The translations under genes and the position numbers were made by a program. Of a stretch of 64,000 nt of DNA, positions 9,825 to 16,884 are shown piece after piece. This DNA is from Candidatus Dormiibacterota bacterium. GTDB lineage: Bacteria; Chloroflexota; Dormibacteria; Aeolococcales; Aeolococcaceae. Numbering within the stretch: position 1 is the stretch's first letter; every line of letters starts with the position of its first letter. Under the pieces are notes generated by a model. It had not been told where the DNA came from and did not search any database. It saw only the letters and a list, made by a program, of their open reading frames with translations. The DNA is taken from contig CAVWMH010000003.1 of NCBI GenBank assembly GCA_963756075.1, forward strand, positions 21,306 to 85,305, in the 5' to 3' direction.

Positions 9825-10775
9825 CTACCTCGAGATCGTCGACGTCCCGTCCTCGGCGATGTCCACCTCAACAGAGTCGGACGTCTCGCTCGGTCCGCTC
9901 GGGTCGACGGTGATGCTCGCTGTGATGTGATCCGGCTTGTCGGCTTCGAGCGTCAGGTAGTGTGCGCGCGGCTGCCCCGCAGTCAAGCCCGTCGTCAGGT
10001 CATAGAGCTGTGCCGACTTGGATTCCCTGCCCTCGATCTTGCCACTCACGTTCAACCCGGCCGGCACCTCGCGGTCGGACTGCAGGTCGTAATGAACGCG
10101 GAACAGGTTTCCCTGAACGTGTTCGAACTGCGTGATGGTTACCTTCAACGCGTATGTCTGGGTCTCGTCGAACGATGGGGCGGTGGCCACGGTGCCGGCG
10201 ACACGGACGGACATGAACTCGCTTGCAGCAAGTTGCTGATCAGTCGTCTTGTCTTTCACCGCCACCCACACCGTCCACGTGCCAGGATCTGCCTGGATGG
10301 GCCAGTGGCCCTGATGCACCTCTCCGGGGGCGATTGCATCCGAAATGTCGCCAAGGACGTACGCCGCGGCCTCCGCCGACGCTCCCTCGGCGAGCACGTA
10401 GAACCCGATCTCCAGCCGTCCACGCTCGATGGCGTTCGATCCCGAATTCGTCAAGTCATAGCGCACGATGAGCGCGGGAGTCCCGTCATGCGCGGTATGG
10501 GGCTCGGCCGACGTCTGGCCAAACGCGACCGTGATACCCGCGTCCGCGGTCGTTGGCGTGGCGGGCTGCCACTGCGTGCCGTCCCACCTCCACTGGCCGT
10601 CATCGGACAGCTGCCCGACCGCGTCTGACGACGTCTGGCTTGCCGAGCCCGGCGCAGCGTTGGCATCGGCCGCGGTGGCCGCGCCCGCTCCTGCGGTGAC
10701 CGGCTGCCACTGTGCTCCATCCCACCACCACTGACCGTCTTCCGATCTGGGTGCGTCTGCCGGCATGACCGTCAT
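9825..10775 (-). CDS. W-rich-repeat protein, paralogue B (candidate CIS cargo/accessory; function unknown)
   Basis: Same RBS and start context as paralogue A (ATG 10775), and the first 27 aa are identical. It has a second DGQWRWDGTQWQP motif, followed by beta-sandwich-looking segments unrelated to the C-terminus of A. Confidence 0.7.
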   Translation of the reverse strand: MTVMPADAPRSEDGQWWWDGAQWQPVTAGAGAATAADANAAPGSASQTSSDAVGQLSDDGQWRWDGTQWQPATPTTADAGITVAFGQTSAEPHTAHDGTPALIVRYDLTNSGSNAIERGRLEIGFYVLAEGASAEAAAYVLGDISDAIAPGEVHQGHWPIQADPGTWTVWVAVKDKTTDQQLAASEFMSVRVAGTVATAPSFDETQTYALKVTITQFEHVQGNLFRVHYDLQSDREVPAGLNVSGKIEGRESKSAQLYDLTTGLTAGQPRAHYLTLEADKPDHITASITVDPSGPSETSDSVEVDIAEDGTSTISR

Positions 10776-10820
10776 CGATAGCTCCTCCACTTGCAATCGA
10801 CGCCTGGCGCGTGCGTGAGG
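10697..10820. repeat. 124-bp duplicated block, copy B (5' leader plus first 26 codons of paralogue B)
   Basis: See copy A. Both copies are followed further upstream by a shared 9-mer, CCACAATAT on the coding strand, at 9713-9721 and 10845-10853. Confidence 0.85.
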
Positions 10821-10902
10821 TCAGGCACGTCCTCAACCGCCCGGATATTGTGGCCCGTCGCACGTTCGTGCGTTGCGGATGCACGGCGCGTCACGACGAC
10901 GG

Positions 10903-11550
10903 TCATCCGTCCGAACGGCGCGCGCGTATCAAGCGCACACGCTCGTCGGCGAGCGCCGTCGGAACGTGCTCCGGCGTGCCCCCTGGCACGGCGACACTGA
11001 TGCGGCGGTCGTGCACCGGCGGCCCCGCCGGGAGTGCGGCGGGGCGTGGAAGGGGTGCGATCGCCACGAGGTCGAGCGCCGGCCGGGGCGCGACCCCGAG
11101 CGCTCCCCAGAGATCCCATGGAAGACCGCCGCCCTCCGGTGGGAGCGCCACCGAAAGGAACACCGGCCGTCCTTCGCTCGCGAGCTCGCCGGTGACGTGC
11201 TCCGCGGGGATCGTCTGCTCGTCAGCCAGCGCTCCCAGGATGCTGGAGAGCAACTGGTGCTCTGCGACCGGGGTCTTTCCCCACGCCGTAACGAGGTACC
11301 GCAGACGATAGTGATGCAGCGGCGGACGGCGCCCGGTGACGCGACCCTGCTCGTTGCGGACGTCCTCATAGTCGCCGCGGCTCCTCGCGACATCTTCGCG
11401 GATCTCCCAGAGGTACGCATCGACGACGTCGCCTGCAACGGTGTCCGCCCAGGCTCGTGTGGGGGAGTCGAAGAGCACCTCGACCTTCGAGTTGTGCAGA
11501 GCGGTTGCGCGCAGCAGCGAGCGCAGCGACGCGTCGACGTCCGCGATCAT
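10903..11550 (-). CDS. DUF4255 (Pvc16/Afp16-like) tail terminator/cap protein
   Basis: MIADVDASLRSLLRA...VVDAYLWEIREDV...YRLRYLVTAWGKTPVAEHQLLSSILGAL...LWGALG follows the DUF4255 N-terminal domain pattern. The start is set at the internal ATG, since the ORF-track extension to 11742 has no homology. The gene is divergent from the sheath gene. Confidence 0.85.
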   Translation of the reverse strand: MIADVDASLRSLLRATALHNSKVEVLFDSPTRAWADTVAGDVVDAYLWEIREDVARSRGDYEDVRNEQGRVTGRRPPLHHYRLRYLVTAWGKTPVAEHQLLSSILGALADEQTIPAEHVTGELASEGRPVFLSVALPPEGGGLPWDLWGALGVAPRPALDLVAIAPLPRPAALPAGPPVHDRRISVAVPGGTPEHVPTALADERVRLIRARRSDG

Positions 11551-11735
11551 CACGCCGAGGCTGCGGTGCACGCCCTGGTGTCGCAAGGGCGGAAGGGGTC
11601 GCAGGAGGGGAAGCCGGCATTGCACCTTCGGGCAATCGTGTCTTCCCTGAAGGTTGCCCTTGCGCACCTCGTGGACGTTGCATGCGTGTGCGACTCTCGA
11701 GCGAACCACGTGTTCCATCCGTGAGGAGACTGCGC

Positions 11736-13265
11736 ATGCCAACGTATCTGTCGCCTGGCGTTTATGTCCAAGAGGTGTCGTCGGGCTCGAAACCGATCGA
11801 AGGGGTCGGCACCGCGGTTGCCGCGTTCGTCGGCCTCACCGAGCGGGGTCCGGCCAATACGCCGACCCTGGTCACCAACTGGACTCAATTCAACACCGTG
11901 TTCGGTGACTTCGTCGAGGGGTCGTATCTCGCGCACGCGGTCTACGGGTACTTCCTCAACGGTGGCGGGTCTGCATACGTGGTGCGCGTCGGTTCGGATG
12001 GCGCTGGGGAGCAGCCGAGTGCGAGAGGGGAGCTGGCCGCGCGGGAGGAGCCCGGCCGCGCGGTGTACCGGATCACCGCCGCCGAGGGCGGGCCCGCGGG
12101 TGACGACATCAGCGTCGAGATCGGCGACCCCAGCGAGGCCGGCGAAGACACGTTCAAGGTCACGGTGTCACGCGGCGGCAAGGTCGAGGAGACGTTCGAC
12201 AACGTCAGCACGAAGCGCGGTTCGAACAACGCAGCGACCGTCGTCAAAGCCCGCTCGAAGCTCATTCGTCTCGAGGAGGTCGGGACCGGCGGCGCGATCA
12301 CCCTACCCGAGAAGGCGAGCGTCAAGCTGAGCGGCGGAACGGCCGTGACCCAGGTGCGTGTAACCGCCGACGACTACGTCGGCAATTCCGCTGATCGCAC
12401 CGGCTTCGCGGGGCTCGAGGCGGTCGATGAAGTCACCATGCTGAGCGTTCCCGACGTGATGGCCGCATACCAGCGCGGCATCATCGACCTCGAGGCTGTG
12501 CAGGCGGTGCAGCTCGCGATGATCGCCCACTGCGAGTTGATGGGCGACAGGGTGGCGATCCTCGATGCGCCACCGTCGCTGAATGCCCAGCAGGTCAAGG
12601 AATGGCGCCAGGACAAGGCCGGGTACGACTCGAAATACGCGGCGCTGTACTGGCCGTGGATCAAGGTGTTCGATCCGCTCAAGGGCCAGGGCATGCTGAT
12701 TCCGCCGAGCGGCCACATGGCAGGGATCTGGGCGCGCAACGACGACACGCGCGGCGTGCACAAGGCACCAGCCAATGAGGTGGTACGCGGCGCGATCAGC
12801 CTCGAATTGCAGATCACCAAGGGCGAGCACGACCAGCTGAATCCTTCAGGCATCAACTGCATTCGCGCGTTTCCTGGCCGAGGCGTCAGGGTATGGGGTG
12901 CGCGCACCATCTCGAGTGATCCCGAGTGGCGGTACCTCAACGTCCGCCGCCTCTTCAACTACGTCGAAGAGTCCATCCTCGAAGGGACTCAGTGGGTGGT
13001 GTTCGAGCCCAACGACTCGCGCTTGTGGGACGCGGTGAAGCGCAACGTCTCGGCGTTCCTCCGCAGGGTCTGGCGCGATGGCGCGCTCTTCGGCACCAGC
13101 GCCGGCGAGGCGTTCTTCGTCAAATGCGATGCGGAGAACAACACGCAGGACACGATCGACATCGGTCAGCTGATCATCGATGTCGGGATCGCTCCCGTGA
13201 AGCCGGCCGAGTTTGTCATCTTCCGCATCGCACAGTTCGCCGGCGGCGCCGCCGTCAGCGAGTGA
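11736..13265 (+). CDS. contractile tail sheath protein (Afp2-4/Cis2-like)
   Basis: MPTYLSPGVYVQEVSSGSKPIEGVGTAVAAFVG is the canonical sheath N-terminus. The C-terminal blocks GINCIRAFPGRGVRVWGARTIS and RYLNVRRLFNYVEESI are present. GAGGAG lies 7 nt upstream of ATG 11736. Confidence 0.95.
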   Translation: MPTYLSPGVYVQEVSSGSKPIEGVGTAVAAFVGLTERGPANTPTLVTNWTQFNTVFGDFVEGSYLAHAVYGYFLNGGGSAYVVRVGSDGAGEQPSARGELAAREEPGRAVYRITAAEGGPAGDDISVEIGDPSEAGEDTFKVTVSRGGKVEETFDNVSTKRGSNNAATVVKARSKLIRLEEVGTGGAITLPEKASVKLSGGTAVTQVRVTADDYVGNSADRTGFAGLEAVDEVTMLSVPDVMAAYQRGIIDLEAVQAVQLAMIAHCELMGDRVAILDAPPSLNAQQVKEWRQDKAGYDSKYAALYWPWIKVFDPLKGQGMLIPPSGHMAGIWARNDDTRGVHKAPANEVVRGAISLELQITKGEHDQLNPSGINCIRAFPGRGVRVWGARTISSDPEWRYLNVRRLFNYVEESILEGTQWVVFEPNDSRLWDAVKRNVSAFLRRVWRDGALFGTSAGEAFFVKCDAENNTQDTIDIGQLIIDVGIAPVKPAEFVIFRIAQFAGGAAVSE

Positions 13266-13275
13266 GGGAGTAGAA

Positions 13276-13740
13276 ATGCCAGCTGGTCTTGGTCCGAGCA
13301 TGCCCAACGACGCCATCTCGGCGGCACGTTTCTCCATCACCGTGGATGGCTACGAGATCGCGCAATTCTCCGAGCTCACCGGAATCACCACCGAGGTCGA
13401 GGTGATCGACTTCATGGAAAACGGCTCCAGTGGGGCCAATATCCTGAAGAAGCTCCCCGGCAAGCGCAAGCCGCCGACGATCACGCTCCGCCGCGGCAAG
13501 AACACCTCGATGGAGCTCTGGGCGTGGCACGAGTCGGTGGTGCACGGCGACATCGTCGGCGCGCGCAAGAGCGGTTCCATCGTGATGTACGGGTACGACG
13601 GAACCCCGGTGGCGCGCTACCACTTCCACGACGGATGGCCTGCGAAGATCGCGATCAGCGCGCTCAAGGCAGGGTCGAGCGAGGTGCTCATGGAGGAGGT
13701 CACGATCGTATGTGAGTGGCTCGAGCGGGTGGCTCCGTGA
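13276..13740 (+). CDS. tail tube protein (T4 gp19 / Afp1-like)
   Basis: ISAARFSITVDGYEIAQFSELTGITTEVEVIDFMENG...GKRKPPTITLRRG...ELWAWHE, 154 aa, directly after the sheath gene with a GGGAG RBS. Confidence 0.9.
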   Translation: MPAGLGPSMPNDAISAARFSITVDGYEIAQFSELTGITTEVEVIDFMENGSSGANILKKLPGKRKPPTITLRRGKNTSMELWAWHESVVHGDIVGARKSGSIVMYGYDGTPVARYHFHDGWPAKIAISALKAGSSEVLMEEVTIVCEWLERVAP

Positions 13741-14147
13741 GCCTGGCTGCGAGGGAGCCGGTCGCGATCCGCCCTGAGCTGACCACTGAGTTTCCTTTCG
13801 TGCTGCCTCGCGGCTACGTCGACCGAAAGGGCGTGGTGCACCGCGATGGTGTCATGCGCCTCGCGACAGCCCGCGACGAGATCGGGCCGCAGAGCGATCC
13901 GCGAGTCCGGCAGAACCCCGCATACATGACCGTGTTGCTCCTGGAGCGGACGGTGACCCGCCTGGGCTCACTGACCGAGGTCGATTCACACGTCATCGAG
14001 GGGCTGTTCGCATCCGACCTCGCGTTCCTGCAGGATCTCTACCGGCGCATCAACCAGGACGGTCACACCGAAGCCTTCGTCAGCTGCCCCTCGTGTCACA
14101 ACGAGTTCACGGTTGACATCGCTGGTGAACGCCCGGGGGAAGCATGA
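13737..14147 (+). CDS. conserved CIS-associated protein in the tail-assembly-chaperone position (C-terminal CxxC)
   Basis: GTG 13737 overlaps the tube gene stop (GTGA); an alternative GTG lies at 13716. It reads FPFVLPRGYVDRKGVVHRDGVMRLATARDEI...LFASDLAFLQDLYRRIN...CPSCHNEF. Its size and position resemble the P2 gpE-type chaperone slot. Confidence 0.6.
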   Translation: MSLAAREPVAIRPELTTEFPFVLPRGYVDRKGVVHRDGVMRLATARDEIGPQSDPRVRQNPAYMTVLLLERTVTRLGSLTEVDSHVIEGLFASDLAFLQDLYRRINQDGHTEAFVSCPSCHNEFTVDIAGERPGEA

Positions 14148-14308
14148 CGTACGCGGCCGACCAGCTCTTCGAGGAGGTCGCGTACGTCGCCTACTACTTC
14201 CACTGGGAACTCGACACGATTCTTGACCTGCCGCATTCGCAGCGGGTTCGCTTCATCGAAGAGATCGGCCGAATCCATCGGCAGATGGGCGAGACGGGTG
14301 AGTTCTGA
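14144..14308 (+). CDS. small (54 aa) conserved CIS-associated protein
   Basis: It is not in the ORF track because it is too short. ATG 14144 overlaps the previous stop (ATGA) and its TGA overlaps the next ATG (TGATG). It reads MTYAADQLFEEVAYVAYYFHWELDTILDLPHSQRVRFIEEIGRIHRQMGETGEF. It resembles the short DUF6760-type proteins I recall from actinobacterial CIS loci (unverified). Confidence 0.55.
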   Translation: MTYAADQLFEEVAYVAYYFHWELDTILDLPHSQRVRFIEEIGRIHRQMGETGEF

Positions 14309-14649
14309 TGCGCCTGCCATGGCAGCGGCGTAGCGCCGGACGCGTTGACGTGGACAGCGCGTCCACGCCCGAGCCGAAGCGATACGCGTGGAACGCATTG
14401 CCGGCGCTCCGTGCCGGCATCGACACGAAGCCTCCGTTGACGGCGCAGTCGGTCGAGTTCGCCGACTCGTCGAGCCGGCGCCTTCGCTCGACGGGCGAGC
14501 GGCCGCGGCTGATCCACCGGTCCGGGCTTCCGGAGGCCGCGTCCGCGGGTACGGTCCACGGGCTGGCAACGGCTTCGCTCCAGTCGCAGCGAGGCCGTCT
14601 GCCGCGGCGCGAACCCGGTGACAGGGAAGGGGACGAGCCGGAGTTCTGA
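14308..14649 (+). CDS. N-terminal segment of the DUF4157 protein, or a separate 113-aa ORF
   Basis: ATG 14308 is coupled to the previous gene. It reads AWNALPALRAGIDTKPPLTAQSVEF...RLIHRSGLPEAASAGTVHGLA. It ends at 14649 while the next frame is already open from 14513. Confidence 0.5.
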   Translation: MRLPWQRRSAGRVDVDSASTPEPKRYAWNALPALRAGIDTKPPLTAQSVEFADSSSRRLRSTGERPRLIHRSGLPEAASAGTVHGLATASLQSQRGRLPRREPGDREGDEPEF

Positions 14650-15964
14650 AGCCGACGCTGCAGCGCTTGTCAGCGTCATACCGGCATCGCCTCGGACCGT
14701 GGTCGCGCGGCGCCGCCCGACCCGCCTGCTGAGCGCCGCCGACGCGGCACCCGGCACGACCGTGCAGCGAACGGTCGAGCCCAACTCGGAAGCGCAAGCG
14801 TCGGATCTGCAAGTGGAGGAGGCGGATTTCCGAACTGACTCAGGCGGGGACACTCCGTCGCTCGCGGCTCCGCAGCCCGGGCTGCAGCACACCGTCATCC
14901 GACGCCACCGTGGGCTCGCCACTCCACGCCCGCTCGGTCTCCAGGCGCCGTTGACCTCTGATGCCACTGATCAGCCGGGTTTCGACACTGCGGCCGGTCG
15001 CCGCGACGAACGTGCCGCGCAGGAGCCAGCGCCGCGCGCCGTTGCGGCAACTGTCGGACGGTTGCACCGCGCGGATGTCACGGATGTCCAGGTACGCCGT
15101 GACCGACAGGCCGAACTGCTCGCTGCATCGGAGCACGCTCGCGCTGTGACACGCGGAGGTGAGGTCTTCATCCCCGCCTCTGAAGGACGCCTCGACGCCG
15201 GGCCCGGGCGCGGACTGCTCGCCCATGAGCTCACGCATGTCATCCAGCAGCGCCGTCTGGGGAGATCGGTCCCGCTCGAGCATTCCCCCGCGGGCCGGCG
15301 GCTCGAGGCTGATGCCGCGATGACCGAGCGGCACGTCCGCGGCGATCTTGGAGCCCCGGCACCGCCGCCCACCGCGGCGGAGCCGCTGTCGGAGCCGGTC
15401 GCAGCTTCCCACCCGGCGGCCGGTGATGACGGCGACGACGCCGCCGCCACGGCACGGGACATTCAAGACGATCTCGTCGCGTCAGGGCGGGCGTTTCGCA
15501 TGCCGGACGGATCCCTGGTGTTCCCAGGCGCGGGCGGGCGTTTCCCGGAACAACGGTCCACGCCGGTCCAGACTGCGGTCGCAGTCCAGCGGGCACCCGA
15601 GATGCCGGGCTCGGTGGAGTCACCTGCAGCGGGACCGACGGAGGTGCCCCGTCCTGCTGGAGGTTCGGATTCGGGCCTTGTACCTGCGCCAGAGTTGTGG
15701 CCTGCACCGGCTCCGGAACCATCGGTGGACGAGGCGCCACCGGCCACCGGCGAGCGACCACCGGAGACGGCGACGATCCCCGCGGTGTTCGCACCAGCAG
15801 CAGAGACGCCCGCAAACGCGCCCGCGACGGCTGTGACCGAAGAGGCCGCACCGATCGATCTCGACGACCTTGCCCGTCGCGTCTACGGGCAGGTGCGGAC
15901 CCAATTGCGATCCGAACTACTGATCGACCGCGAGCGCGCCGGACTGTTGACGGACTTTCGATGA
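14618..15964 (+). CDS. DUF4157 (eCIS core domain) protein with HExxH motif, in the tape-measure position
   Basis: DVQVRRDRQAELLAASEHARAVTRGGEVFIP...GRGLLAHELTHVIQQRRLG is the DUF4157 signature. The C-terminal half is P/A-rich and ends in the helix IDLDDLARRVYGQVRTQLRSELLIDRERAGLLTDFR. The GTG start is nominal, because the frame is open upstream to 14513. Confidence 0.8.
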   Translation: MTGKGTSRSSEADAAALVSVIPASPRTVVARRRPTRLLSAADAAPGTTVQRTVEPNSEAQASDLQVEEADFRTDSGGDTPSLAAPQPGLQHTVIRRHRGLATPRPLGLQAPLTSDATDQPGFDTAAGRRDERAAQEPAPRAVAATVGRLHRADVTDVQVRRDRQAELLAASEHARAVTRGGEVFIPASEGRLDAGPGRGLLAHELTHVIQQRRLGRSVPLEHSPAGRRLEADAAMTERHVRGDLGAPAPPPTAAEPLSEPVAASHPAAGDDGDDAAATARDIQDDLVASGRAFRMPDGSLVFPGAGGRFPEQRSTPVQTAVAVQRAPEMPGSVESPAAGPTEVPRPAGGSDSGLVPAPELWPAPAPEPSVDEAPPATGERPPETATIPAVFAPAAETPANAPATAVTEEAAPIDLDDLARRVYGQVRTQLRSELLIDRERAGLLTDFR

Positions 15965-15973
15965 GGAGACGAA

Positions 15974-16414
15974 ATGGCCAGTGACGACACGTTTGGTCTC
16001 GCACTGCGATTCACCGTTGACGTGGGCAACACCAGCCTCGGGACATGGTCGAAATGCGAAGGCATCGAGATGCATTTCGACACCGTGAAATACCAGGAGG
16101 GCGGGGCGCCAGGAGCGACCTGGAACTACACCCACTACGCGACCGGGCGCGCGAACTACGTGCCGATAAAGTTGACTCGCGCGGTGACCCCGCAAGCCTC
16201 GACCGCGCTGCTGAAATGGCTGACGCAGCAGGCAAGTTCGCCTGCCGCGCCGCAGCCCGCGACGATCACGCTTCTCGACACGAACGGACAGCAGGTTCAG
16301 CAATGGACCTTCCAGGACGTGTTCCCTACCAAGTACAGCGGTCCACGGCTCGACGCGACCAGGGCCGAGGTCGCGACGGAGGAGCTCGAGCTGACCCACC
16401 AGGGATTCATGTGA
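15974..16414 (+). CDS. tail tube-family protein, paralogue 2 (Afp5-like)
   Basis: FGLALRFTVDVGNTSLGTWSKCEGIEMHFDTVKYQEGG...YVPIKLTRAV...WTFQDVFPTKYSGPRLDA follows the gp19-type tube pattern. 146 aa. Confidence 0.85.
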   Translation: MASDDTFGLALRFTVDVGNTSLGTWSKCEGIEMHFDTVKYQEGGAPGATWNYTHYATGRANYVPIKLTRAVTPQASTALLKWLTQQASSPAAPQPATITLLDTNGQQVQQWTFQDVFPTKYSGPRLDATRAEVATEELELTHQGFM

Positions 16415-16445
16415 TGCCCGCACGAAACGGAAGGAGGGGCTGACG

Positions 16446-16880
16446 GTGCCTCCCGGGTCGAATGCGCCACGGGGCCTCGCGGCCCGATTCCAGGTGACCA
16501 TCGACGGCCAGGATCTCGGCTCGTGGTCCACGTGCAAGGGTCTCGAGGTTGATTTCCAGCACGAGACATACACGGAGCTGGGCAATAACCAGTTCATCCA
16601 CTACTTGCCGAGGGCCGCCAAGTACACGCACATCACCCTCGAGCGAGCGTGCACGGCGGAGGAGTCGACCGCGCTTCAACGCTGGCTCAGCAAAGTGGCC
16701 ATGCAGCCATCAAAAGGCACCGCCAGCATCACGCTGCACGACGCACATCAAGGCGATGTCATCACCTGGACGCTGACCGATGTCTTCCCGGCGAAGTGGA
16801 CGGGTCCTCAGCTCGACGCTGGCGTGAACAAGATGGCTATGGAAACGCTCGTGCTCGCGCACGCGGGTTTCCTGGACTGA
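16446..16880 (+). CDS. tail tube-family protein, paralogue 3
   Basis: LAARFQVTIDGQDLGSWSTCKGLEVDFQHETYTELG...YTHITLERAC...WTLTDVFPAKWTGPQLDA is clearly paralogous to 15974-16414. GTG start. Confidence 0.85.
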   Translation: MPPGSNAPRGLAARFQVTIDGQDLGSWSTCKGLEVDFQHETYTELGNNQFIHYLPRAAKYTHITLERACTAEESTALQRWLSKVAMQPSKGTASITLHDAHQGDVITWTLTDVFPAKWTGPQLDAGVNKMAMETLVLAHAGFLD

Positions 16881-16884
16881 CGCC

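Noticed and set aside
11551-11735. A TTGCATG heptamer in the sheath/cap divergent promoter region that also occurs in the leader of paralogue A, considered as a possible common operator.
   Set aside because: In the otherwise near-identical leader of paralogue B this exact site carries one of the four mismatches (TTGCAAG). A single 7-mer match in 185 bp is within chance expectation.
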